Part shown: positions 1 to 8,585 of the stretch, piece after piece
Layout: each line of letters opens with the position of its first letter
How positions within the stretch are numbered: position 1 is the first letter of the stretch
Assembly: GCA_033764315.1 (NCBI GenBank)
Contig: JANRJA010000227.1
Span: 1-33,954, forward strand
Length of the DNA stretch: 33,954 nt
Source of the DNA: Oculatellaceae cyanobacterium bins.114
GTDB taxonomy: Bacteria; Cyanobacteriota; Cyanobacteriia; Elainellales; Elainellaceae
Reading direction: 5' to 3'
Made by a program: the position numbers and the translations under genes
Notes under the pieces: generated by a model
Database searches by the model: none
Told to the model about the DNA's origin: nothing
The model's input: only the letters and a program-made list of their open reading frames with translations

Positions 1-1719
1 AGTGAGTAAAGCCGGAATGTTAGCTTTCGTGACAGGCAATGACACCGCCAAAATTTGATTGGGTCGCAGGGTCGCATCGTGACCTTTGGGCCCATCGAGC
101 ACATCAAAGCAATACCCTGTTTGAGGGTTCCAAAAGCGACCAAAGCCTTTAGCCATTTGTTGTGCCAACTGTTGATACTCCTCAGTCGGTTTGCCCAATC
201 GCTGAGCAATCTGAATTAGAGTGGCGATTGCGTTATACCACAGCACATTGACCTCAATCGCTTTACCAATGCGAGGCGTCACCACCCACTCACTAATCTT
301 GGCATCCATCCAGGTGAGTTGCGCTCCTACCTCTCCGGCATAGAGCAGCCCATCTTGCGGATCGAGGTGAATGTTGTAGCGATCGCCATCCTGGTAGTTG
401 TGAATAATATTGGTTAACACAGGAAATAACGCTTGCAGCAGGCTATCGTCTTGAGTGGCAGCATGGTAAGCGCGAATCGCTTCAAAGTACCACAACGTCG
501 CATCTACGCTGCCGTAATCAGGGGTTCCACCTAATTCAGGGAAAGAGTTGGGCAACATCCCCCGATCAATGTAGTGGGCGTAGGTGATGAGAATGGCACG
601 AGCCACCTCAGGACGACCGACCACTAACGTTAATCCTGATAGGCTAATCAGTGTATGACGACCCCAATCGCCAAACCAAGGATAACCAGCCAAAATGCTC
701 TTGCCTTGACTAAAGCCAGGGATGTCATGGGGAAATGCAATGGCAGAGTGGCTATCCTCTGGAATGGGACGCGCCACAATAAACTGGTCGGCACTCAGAG
801 CCAGATGGTGAATCCAATCAGGGGCATGGGTTGCCCAAGACTGCGATCGCCACTGTTGTTGAATGGCTTGCTCATAGTGCTGCCGCTGATCAAGGGCAAC
901 GGCTCCATCTAACTCTGCATCTGGCTCTGTGCTGGCAACGACCGTCAACAATTGTCCTGGTTCTAACACGACCTCAATCGTGGCAGCGTGCAAATGGTCT
1001 TCTCGATCGTCCAAACCGCGATCGTGTTCTGTGGTCAAGTCAAACCCATAATACCAATTGTGAACAATTGATACTTTGCCATGAGGGGCCCATAGATAAA
1101 GGGGAGCACCATTGGGAAATGCCTTAACCCGAATACCTTGTTCGGTTGGTTCAATCTCCATCTGCCAATTTTGAGATTGGGTGCTGCCGTGGTGATCGCG
1201 ATAATTTATGAGGGCTTTGAGCTTGAGTGAGAGTGGTTGGCTGGCCCGCAGCAAGCGATACTGCACATAGGTGGTGTTGCAACCAGCTTGCATCCAAACA
1301 CGCTTTTCCAGCAGAGCATTGGCACAAGCAAACCGCCACACCGGAATCGAACCTTCTAGAGAAAATTGCTCAAGGTGCTGGTAACCCTCAGGATTAACAA
1401 TGTCATCTGCCCAGCGGTTTGCGTATAGCGTATAGATCTTTTGGTTGTAGTGCACCGTTTCATCGAGCTTAGTCAGCATCAAGGTGCGCTGGAGTGGAGG
1501 ATTTAATGCAGCGATTAATAACCCGTGATAGCGACGGGTTAGCGTACCCGCGATCGTGCCGCAGGCATAACCACCAATGCCGTTTGTAACCAGCCATTCG
1601 CGGGATTCTGCGGCTGATAAATCGCCACAGATTTCGCGACCAAATTGAATGTTCATAGGGGTGGAGCAAGCCGTGGGTTCAGGATGAGAGGTGTGGCGAT
1701 CGCCCTCAAATTCAGACAT
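1..1719 (-). CDS. Glycogen debranching enzyme / amylo-alpha-1,6-glucosidase, 3' end outside the window; alternative start ATG at 1656
   Basis: Not in the ORF track because it runs off the edge. Manual translation: N-terminus MNIQFGREICGDLSAAESREWLVTNGIGGYACGTIAG, and D-ATLRPNQILAVSLP in the same frame near position 1; both are typical of this family. Confidence 0.9.
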   Translation of the reverse strand, partial: MSEFEGDRHTSHPEPTACSTPMNIQFGREICGDLSAAESREWLVTNGIGGYACGTIAGTLTRRYHGLLIAALNPPLQRTLMLTKLDETVHYNQKIYTLYANRWADDIVNPEGYQHLEQFSLEGSIPVWRFACANALLEKRVWMQAGCNTTYVQYRLLRASQPLSLKLKALINYRDHHGSTQSQNWQMEIEPTEQGIRVKAFPNGAPLYLWAPHGKVSIVHNWYYGFDLTTEHDRGLDDREDHLHAATIEVVLEPGQLLTVVASTEPDAELDGAVALDQRQHYEQAIQQQWRSQSWATHAPDWIHHLALSADQFIVARPIPEDSHSAIAFPHDIPGFSQGKSILAGYPWFGDWGRHTLISLSGLTLVVGRPEVARAILITYAHYIDRGMLPNSFPELGGTPDYGSVDATLWYFEAIRAYHAATQDDSLLQALFPVLTNIIHNYQDGDRYNIHLDPQDGLLYAGEVGAQLTWMDAKISEWVVTPRIGKAIEVNVLWYNAIATLIQIAQRLGKPTEEYQQLAQQMAKGFGRFWNPQTGYCFDVLDGPKGHDATLRPNQILAVSLPVTKANIPALLT

Positions 1720-1872
1720 TTGTGATCTGTAGAGTGGGTTAATCGGACGTAATCTGCGCCATCAGGTAGGATAATCCTTCTGCTAGCCAGTTGGGGATCA
1801 TTTATTAAGTCTTTATTTTTAGCCCATCATGGCAGAATGAACTATTACGACCTAAGGAGTTTCACACAACCC

Positions 1873-2625
1873 ATGACGATTCATCCCACACTTCAAACCG
1901 CTTTCCAGCAAGGCACTGCCCTGAAAGTCATCAGTGGCTTAACTAACTTTGATGCAGAACGAGTTGCCGCTGTGGTTAAAGCTGCCGATCGCGGTGGTGC
2001 AACATTTGTTGATATTGCCGCAGATGCTGATCTGGTGCGCCTTGCCAAGCAGCTGACCCACTTGCCTGTGTGTGTTTCTGCGGTTGAGCCTGAGCAATTT
2101 GCAGCAGCGATCGCAGCAGGAGCCGACATGATTGAGATCGGCAACTTTGATGCGTTCTATGCTCAAGGTCGGCGATTTGAAGCCGCAGAAGTATTAGAGC
2201 TGACCCGCCAAACCCGGGCGTTGTTCCCTCAAATCACGCTATCTGTGACCGTACCTCACATTTTAGAACTAGATCAACAAGTGCAGTTAGCCGAAGCATT
2301 AGTCGAGGCTGGTGCTGATATCATCCAAACCGAAGGCGGCACGAGCAGTGCTCCTGTCCATGCAGGGACACTGGGTTTGATTGAAAAAGCGGCTCCTACC
2401 TTAGCAGCGGCTTCCGAAATCTCAAAAGCCGTAACCGTACCTGTCCTCTGTGCCTCCGGTTTATCAAATGTCACCGCTCCCTTGGCGATCGCGGCTGGTG
2501 CAGCAGGAATCGGGGTTGGTTCTGCAATCAACAAACTCGACAACGAAGTGGCAATGGTTGCTGCCGTTCGCAGTCTGGTGGATGCATTAGCAACGGTCAA
2601 GCGCGATCGCTCAGTTGTCCGTTAA
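1873..2625 (+). CDS. DUF561 / Ycf23 family TIM-barrel protein
   Basis: LKVISGLTNFD, GGATFVDIAAD, IEIGNFDAFY and QTEGGTSS motifs; ATG at 1873 follows AAGGAG, so it is preferred over 1837. Confidence 0.85.
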   Translation: MTIHPTLQTAFQQGTALKVISGLTNFDAERVAAVVKAADRGGATFVDIAADADLVRLAKQLTHLPVCVSAVEPEQFAAAIAAGADMIEIGNFDAFYAQGRRFEAAEVLELTRQTRALFPQITLSVTVPHILELDQQVQLAEALVEAGADIIQTEGGTSSAPVHAGTLGLIEKAAPTLAAASEISKAVTVPVLCASGLSNVTAPLAIAAGAAGIGVGSAINKLDNEVAMVAAVRSLVDALATVKRDRSVVR

Positions 2626-2718
2626 ACCAAACAGCGATCGCTGAGTACTGTTGTTCGCCAATAGGGTTCGGAAATAAAACCCTGAATTCCGCACCCTATA
2701 GATGGTGGGCTGTACTGA

Positions 2719-2763
2719 GAAGTCGGAGTTTGAAGTCGGAGTTTTTTAGAAAACTCCGACTTC
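2719..2763. terminator. REP-like hairpin, probable bidirectional terminator between convergent genes
   Basis: GAAGTCGGAGTTTT-TTAG-AAAACTCCGACTTC perfect stem (2732-2763), preceded by a direct copy of the left arm (2719-2731); second imperfect hairpin at 2661-2699. Confidence 0.65.
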
Positions 2764-2777
2764 TGTATTTCCAAAGC

Positions 2778-3755
2778 TCAGTAAATTTCAGGGACAAAAA
2801 ATTGCTCGTTGCGGGGTGGCCGCACGTAGTTCTTAGGCGCACTCTTACGAGGTGGCAGTTTTAGCGGTTCAGGGGTCATGTCTTCATAGGGAATCTTGCT
2901 CAAGAAATGACTGATGCAATTGAGGCGTGCTCGCTTTTTATCATCGGCTTCTACCGTAAACCAGGGTGCTTCTGGAATATTGGTGTGGGCAAACATGTTG
3001 TCTTTGGCTTGAGAATACTCCACCCAGCGATCGCGCGATTCTAGATCCATCGGGCTGAGCTTCCAGCGACGTGCCGGATCAGTCGTGCGTGATTGAAAGC
3101 GGCGTTCCTGCTCTTCATCACTCACCGAAAACCAATATTTCAGCAAAATAATGCCCGATTTGACCAACATCCGCTCAAATTCGGGGCAGGTTTCCATAAA
3201 TTCTTGATATTGAGCATCGGTACAAAAACCCATGACATGCTCTACCCCAGCCCGGTTGTACCAACTGCGGTCAAAACAAACAATTTCACCCGCCGCCGGT
3301 AAATGAGGGACGTAGCGTTGAAAATACCATTCCGTCTTTTCGCGATCGCTTGGTGTACCCAATGCCACCACACGACATCCTCGTGGATTGAGGGGTTCAG
3401 TAATGCGTTTAATGGTGCCTCCTTTACCCGCTGCATCCCGTCCTTCAAACAAGATGACAATTCGAGTTCCGGTATGCTTGACCCAATATTGCATTTTCAC
3501 CAGTTCGACTTGCAAACGAGCCAGTTCCTTTTCATACACTTTATTGGACAGCTTAGAACTCCCCTCAGATTCAGAGATGTGATGAAACACTCTTCGTTCT
3601 GGTTTTTGGAGCTTAGATTTCTGTTTTCTCTTTAGCTTTTTCTTATTTTTTTGTTTATCTTTCTTTTTATCTTTCTTCTCAAGATCCACTGTTGAAGTGT
3701 GATTTTCTGCGATCGCAGGAGTGGAATTATTCTGATGTTTAAGTTTGGTTTTCAT
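2778..3755 (-). CDS. ppk2: Polyphosphate kinase 2
   Basis: FEGRDAAGKGG Walker A, FDRSWYNRAGVE, RWKLSPMD; Lys-rich N-terminal extension. Confidence 0.95.
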   Translation of the reverse strand: MKTKLKHQNNSTPAIAENHTSTVDLEKKDKKKDKQKNKKKLKRKQKSKLQKPERRVFHHISESEGSSKLSNKVYEKELARLQVELVKMQYWVKHTGTRIVILFEGRDAAGKGGTIKRITEPLNPRGCRVVALGTPSDREKTEWYFQRYVPHLPAAGEIVCFDRSWYNRAGVEHVMGFCTDAQYQEFMETCPEFERMLVKSGIILLKYWFSVSDEEQERRFQSRTTDPARRWKLSPMDLESRDRWVEYSQAKDNMFAHTNIPEAPWFTVEADDKKRARLNCISHFLSKIPYEDMTPEPLKLPPRKSAPKNYVRPPRNEQFFVPEIY

Positions 3756-4038
3756 TGTGGGAAGCGTATATTATCTGGGAACTGTATCTTAGTGGAGTAG
3801 CGTTGTCGCTTGATAGTAAGAACAGAAAACTAATTGGTTTGTATTGAACGTCACTAAGGACGATAAACATATAAAAGTTTGCACACCTTAATAATTTGAG
3901 CGTGCTTCGTTATTTCTCTTGTAGTGGCTACTTCATGATTTTAACAAACCTCATAGGTTAAGTTTTTCCGCTGCATTACTTAGTAATTTAGCTCACCTCT
4001 ACTCTTTGATCTTGGGTTAGCTCGTCATTTAAGTCATT

Positions 4039-4108
4039 TATAGCAATCCAAATCCGGGGTGCGCCTCTCACAACCTGCCAATCTCACAAATGATTTAAGA
4101 CCGCTATA
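4039..4108. mobile_element. Short MITE-like remnant
   Basis: Left end TATAGCAATCCAAAT; right end reverse complement TATAGCGGTCTTAAAT. Imperfect terminal inverted repeats of a kind common in cyanobacterial intergenic DNA. Confidence 0.5.
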
Positions 4109-4173
4109 GAAGGTCGATATAATCGTTAAGGGCGAGTGGGCTTCACAGTGCCTTGCAGTTATGAGCCTCATGC

Positions 4174-5298
4174 ATGAATCAGTATTTTGCAACCGTGGCG
4201 CGAGGGCTAGAACCGCTGGCAGCGCAAGAGTTAGAGCAGTTGGGTGCCCATGCGGTAGAACCGGGGTTTTGTGGGGTTGCCTTTGAGGGCAATCGCACTC
4301 TGTTATATCGCGTCAATCTGTGGGCACGCTTGCCGTTCCGCATTCTCATGAAGCTGCATGAGTTTCCTTGCCAAAATGGTGAAGACCTCTATCGAGGTGT
4401 CCAGCTCATCGACTGGTCGCAATATCTCACCCCTGACCTGACCTTAGCGGTCAATGCCACAGGCAAAAGTGAGCACCTGAACCACACCCATTTCACCGCA
4501 CTTCAGGTCAAAAAGGCGATTGTCGATCAGCAACACGATCGATTGGGCGATCGCTCTGATGTCAATCCACAATCACCCGATGTGCAGATCAGTGTGCATA
4601 TTCAACATGACGTCTGTACAGTCAGCCTCGATAGCTCAGGTCAGAGTTTGCACCGCCGAGGCTATCGTCCAGCGGTCGGTACTGCACCGCTTAAGGAATC
4701 CCTGGCAGCGGCATTAATCCAATGGTCGGGTTGGCAGCCAGAGCAGATGTTTTATGACCCGCTCTGTGGCTCTGGCACGCTGCCCCTAGAGGCGAGTTTA
4801 AAAGCACTGAATGTTGCCCCAGGGCTATTTCGCGATCGCTTTGGGTTTGAGACCTGGCTAGATGCTGATTTGCCGTTGCTCAAGAGTCTGATTCAATTGG
4901 CAGAAGCCACTCAAAAAGAGAGCCTGCCTGCCCCGATTTGGGGCAGCGATCGCGATGAAACTGTGATTGAGCAGGCGATCGCCAATGCAACCACGTGTGG
5001 TGTGCTAAACCATGTTTATTTTGCCACCATCGACTTGGAAGATGTCGTTGCACCCGCTGACAGCGGTGTGGTGTTCTGCAATCCCCCCTATGGTGAACGG
5101 TTAGGACGAGATAGCGACTTGGGCGCGTTCTATAAACGGTTGGGTGATGTGCTCAAGCAACGCTTTAAAGGCTGGACAGCGTTTGTGCTGAGTGGCAATA
5201 AAAACCTGGCGCAGTCAATCGGGCTGAAATCATCTCAACGATTTGCGGTTTATAATGGTACGTTGCCCTGTCAGTTAATGAAGTATGAACTGTATTAA
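4174..5298 (+). CDS. THUMP-domain SAM-dependent RNA methyltransferase (RlmL-like)
   Basis: SLHRRGYR, APLKESLAAA, DPLCGSGT, NPPYGERL motifs. Confidence 0.92.
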   Translation: MNQYFATVARGLEPLAAQELEQLGAHAVEPGFCGVAFEGNRTLLYRVNLWARLPFRILMKLHEFPCQNGEDLYRGVQLIDWSQYLTPDLTLAVNATGKSEHLNHTHFTALQVKKAIVDQQHDRLGDRSDVNPQSPDVQISVHIQHDVCTVSLDSSGQSLHRRGYRPAVGTAPLKESLAAALIQWSGWQPEQMFYDPLCGSGTLPLEASLKALNVAPGLFRDRFGFETWLDADLPLLKSLIQLAEATQKESLPAPIWGSDRDETVIEQAIANATTCGVLNHVYFATIDLEDVVAPADSGVVFCNPPYGERLGRDSDLGAFYKRLGDVLKQRFKGWTAFVLSGNKNLAQSIGLKSSQRFAVYNGTLPCQLMKYELY

Positions 5299-5300
5299 CT

Positions 5301-6911
5301 ATGCTGCGATTAACTGAAATCAAGCTGCCCCTTGACCATCCTCAAGAGGCGATCGAAGCAGCTATCCTCAAAAAGCTACAAATCGCACCAGAGGAATTAA
5401 TTCGCTATACGCTCTTCAAGCGCAGCCACGATGCTCGTAAAAAAGGGGAGATTGCGCTGGTTTACATTGTGGATGTGGAGACGACGCAGGAAAAAGCGTT
5501 GCTAAAACGCCTGAAAAGAGATCCCCACGTGATGCCCACGCCCGATATGAGCTATCACCTGGTGACGCAGGCTCCCAGCCATTTGAGCACTCGTCCCATT
5601 ATCATTGGCACAGGGCCTTGCGGCATGTTTGCTGGGTTGCTGTTGGCTCAAATGGGGTTTCGTCCTCTGATCTTAGAGCGGGGCAAAGCCGTGCGCGATC
5701 GCACAGCAGACACCTTTGCTTTTTGGAAAAAGAAAGACACGTTAAACCCCGAATCAAATGCCCAATTTGGCGAAGGCGGTGCGGGTACTTTTTCAGATGG
5801 CAAGCTTTACAGCCAGGTGAGAGATTCCAACCACTACGGGCGCAAGGTGCTGACTGAACTGGTCAATTCTGGAGCGTCACCAGAAATTCTCTACATCAAC
5901 AAGCCCCATATCGGCACCTTCAAACTGGTCGGCATTGTCCAAAGCCTGCGTGCCCGCATTGAGGCACTGGGCGGTGAAATTCGCTTTCAAAGTCGCGTGG
6001 TAGACATCCATATCGAACAGGGACAGGTGCAAGGCGTAACCCTTGCCAGTGGTGAAACGATCGCCAGTCAACATGTGGTGTTAGCAGTCGGTCATAGTGC
6101 CCGTGATACCTTTCAAATGTTGTTTGATCGCGGCGTTTACATTGAACCCAAACCGTTTTCCATTGGCTTTCGGATTGAACATCCACAACCCCTGATCGAT
6201 CGCTGTCGATTTGGTGATCAGGCCGGTCACAAGTTGTTGGGTGCTGCCGATTATAAGCTGGTGCATCATTGTCAAAATGGTCGTTCGGTCTATAGTTTTT
6301 GTATGTGCCCAGGGGGTCTGGTCGTCGCCGCCGCATCTGAACCGGGGCGGGTCGTCACCAACGGCATGAGCCAATATTCGCGCAACGAACGCAATGCCAA
6401 TAGCGCGATCGTAGTGGGCATTACTCCCGACGATTATCCGGGGCATCCTCTGGCAGGTATCGCCTTACAACGTCAGTTAGAAGAGCGAGCTTTTGAGCTA
6501 GGTGGCGGCACCTACGACGCACCAGGGCAACTCGTTGGAGACTTTCTTGCCGATCGCCCCTCTCACGCTTTTGGTACCGTTTTGCCCTCCTATGCGCCAG
6601 GAGTGCGATTGGGTGACTTAAGTACGAGTTTGCCCGACTTTGCGATCGCCGCTATTCGTGAAGCACTGCCCGCTTTTGACAAACAGATTCAGGGCTTTGC
6701 CATGCCCGATGCGGTGTTGACTGGGGTTGAAACGCGCACCTCATCTCCCATTCGGATCAAGCGCAATGAAGAGTATCAAAGCTTGAATACTCAGGGTCTT
6801 TACCCAGCAGGGGAAGGAGCAGGGTATGCCGGGGGCATCCTGTCCGCTGGAATCGATGGCATCAAGGTTGCAGAAGCCGTGGCGTTGAATATGGTGCGAT
6901 CGCTGAAGTGA
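5301..6911 (+). CDS. NAD(P)/FAD-dependent oxidoreductase of the conserved uncharacterised flavoprotein family
   Basis: IIGTGPCG dinucleotide motif, QFGEGGAGTFSDGKL, FCMCPGG, GEGAGYAGGI; starts 2 nt after the upstream stop, so probably co-transcribed. Confidence 0.88.
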   Translation: MLRLTEIKLPLDHPQEAIEAAILKKLQIAPEELIRYTLFKRSHDARKKGEIALVYIVDVETTQEKALLKRLKRDPHVMPTPDMSYHLVTQAPSHLSTRPIIIGTGPCGMFAGLLLAQMGFRPLILERGKAVRDRTADTFAFWKKKDTLNPESNAQFGEGGAGTFSDGKLYSQVRDSNHYGRKVLTELVNSGASPEILYINKPHIGTFKLVGIVQSLRARIEALGGEIRFQSRVVDIHIEQGQVQGVTLASGETIASQHVVLAVGHSARDTFQMLFDRGVYIEPKPFSIGFRIEHPQPLIDRCRFGDQAGHKLLGAADYKLVHHCQNGRSVYSFCMCPGGLVVAAASEPGRVVTNGMSQYSRNERNANSAIVVGITPDDYPGHPLAGIALQRQLEERAFELGGGTYDAPGQLVGDFLADRPSHAFGTVLPSYAPGVRLGDLSTSLPDFAIAAIREALPAFDKQIQGFAMPDAVLTGVETRTSSPIRIKRNEEYQSLNTQGLYPAGEGAGYAGGILSAGIDGIKVAEAVALNMVRSLK

Positions 6912-6921
6912 GACACATGCC

Positions 6922-7677
6922 TCAATTCTGTTCAAGTTCTTGTCGCTCAAGCATCAGTCGCTTGGGATGAACTCGCAACAGAGAGACACCCAACACTAGC
7001 AACCAGATTTCCCAAAGAATAAAGCCAACCGGGGTGGTTTCTAGAACAGGCATTCCAGGAATCACGGTTGCCAAAAGTTCGCTTTGCCCCAACAACAACA
7101 GAGGTGCAGTGAATAGCCCCAACGCAACCACCCAAGATTTAAAGATCAGCGACGATCGCATGGCTAGCCCAACGCCTACAGTCCAGCCTATGAGAAATGT
7201 CTGGCCTAAGTGCTCGCCAATCACAACGCCCCCATATTGATGCACCGCCTGATAGATCACACTAACGGCTTCACGAGTTGTGGCACTGGCATTTGGAGCG
7301 GTGTAAAGATTTGCCAACACCGGAACAACAAACACCCAACGCATCAACCCGATCGCTTGCAAAACGCCAGACAACGCTCCCATAAACGTGGCGATCGCCA
7401 GATAGGGCGAATGATGGCGATGCATGTGTCCATGCAGCACCTGATGCAGCAGCAGACTAGCGGGAATAAATAACAATGCCGCTAACCCAAAGGCAAACCA
7501 AGTGAGAATGAGCCGCGTTCCACCTGCATGAAACTGTGTCAGCACAACATCGACAGGTTCTCTCAAAATATCGTCATAACCAAATGTTTGAATCAGCAGC
7601 GTGTAGGGAATGTTGGATAGCACCACCAGCAAAATAAACAGAATGCCCGTTGTGCGAGCGAGTTGTAGACGACTCAT
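6922..7677 (-). CDS. DUF4386-like multi-pass membrane protein
   Basis: About six hydrophobic segments; FGYDDILREP, GLMRWVFVVP, GVVIGEHLG; ATG at 7677. Confidence 0.7.
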   Translation of the reverse strand: MSRLQLARTTGILFILLVVLSNIPYTLLIQTFGYDDILREPVDVVLTQFHAGGTRLILTWFAFGLAALLFIPASLLLHQVLHGHMHRHHSPYLAIATFMGALSGVLQAIGLMRWVFVVPVLANLYTAPNASATTREAVSVIYQAVHQYGGVVIGEHLGQTFLIGWTVGVGLAMRSSLIFKSWVVALGLFTAPLLLLGQSELLATVIPGMPVLETTPVGFILWEIWLLVLGVSLLRVHPKRLMLERQELEQN

Positions 7678-7906
7678 AAGACGTTCCAATCCATAGGGTT
7701 AATGCCACTAGCAACAGCCCTGTGTCGATCAGTCGGTTTAGACAATTCATGGCGTGGCTCTAATGGCTGATAGCTCCACAGTAAGGGGTTTTAATGAGGA
7801 ACCGATTGATACGCAACGCCAAAAAATTGACAGAGGATGCCAATCTTGACCATCAATTCAGCCGATCTGACTTGCCGTGACACCCTCTAGTAGACACAGC
7901 TCTTTA

Positions 7907-7937
7907 AATCAGGTCGATTGAGAGCATCAACCTGATT
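7907..7937 (-). terminator. Hairpin downstream of the 7956-8351 gene
   Basis: AATCAGGTCGAT-N7-ATCAACCTGATT stem. Confidence 0.45.
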
Positions 7938-7955
7938 GTTCATCTCACCAGTTAA

Positions 7956-8351
7956 TCATCTTTTTTGGATGAATTTGATCACTGCGATCGCCAACAGAAA
8001 GGCAACACAACCCAACACAGCTACGGTGGTTTCTTGAATCTTGGCTGGAATAATCACAATAAATCCCTGATCTTTAATCAGTGCAGAGAAGCTTGAGACA
8101 CAAAACGGCATGAGATATAACCTAAATGTTTGCCAATGATCTCTTTTGCCAGTCTTGTTCGGAGCAACACTTAACATCAAACCCGTGCCAATGACAGCAC
8201 TAATTCCGATCGAATTAATCCAAATCTTGGGCGCAGGATCAAAATAAAAGTAGACGATGACAACATACCAAATGAAATAACACCAGAGAATTGCTTTATC
8301 TAATTTGATCTCGTCAAGATATCGAATTAACCATTTCACACTTAATTTCAT
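7956..8351 (-). CDS. Small hypothetical membrane protein (about 4 TM)
   Basis: 131-aa ORF with hydrophobic helices and a WQTFRLYLMPFCVSSFS motif. Confidence 0.75.
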   Translation of the reverse strand: MKLSVKWLIRYLDEIKLDKAILWCYFIWYVVIVYFYFDPAPKIWINSIGISAVIGTGLMLSVAPNKTGKRDHWQTFRLYLMPFCVSSFSALIKDQGFIVIIPAKIQETTVAVLGCVAFLLAIAVIKFIQKR

Positions 8352-8379
8352 CCAAGTACTGAGTTAAAACTATCTACTT

Positions 8380-8532
8380 TAACCTGAGTTCGGGATAAGG
8401 ATTTTGGCGCAACTAGCCAGATTTTATAGGAGTCGGTTCACTCAACCCTGGATTTTCTGTAGTTCGCGAAGGCGAACTTCGCTCTGATAGCCGCGAATTT
8501 ATTCGCCAGACTCTTAAACCGAACTAACGTTA
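8380..8532. mobile_element. MITE-like element, 153 bp, with internal REP-like palindromes
   Basis: Left end TAACCTGAGTTCGGGATAAG; right end reverse complement TAACGTTAGTTCGGTTTAAG. TA at both ends; internal GCGAAG..CTTCGC and GCGAATTTATTCGC hairpins. Confidence 0.65.
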
Positions 8533-8585
8533 ATATTAGGTCTTTTGTTGTCAGGTTTATAACCGTATAACGCAGCGGATTTAGA

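Noticed and set aside
655..1669. Short ORFs 655-912, 831-1127, 1151-1339 and 1469-1669
   Set aside because: They overlap the glycogen debranching gene (1-1719, minus strand), which has clear family motifs; they are shadow frames.
3955..3962. SphR/Pho box upstream of ppk2 (CTTAACCT on the minus strand)
   Set aside because: Only one half-site; no repeats at the expected 11-bp period.
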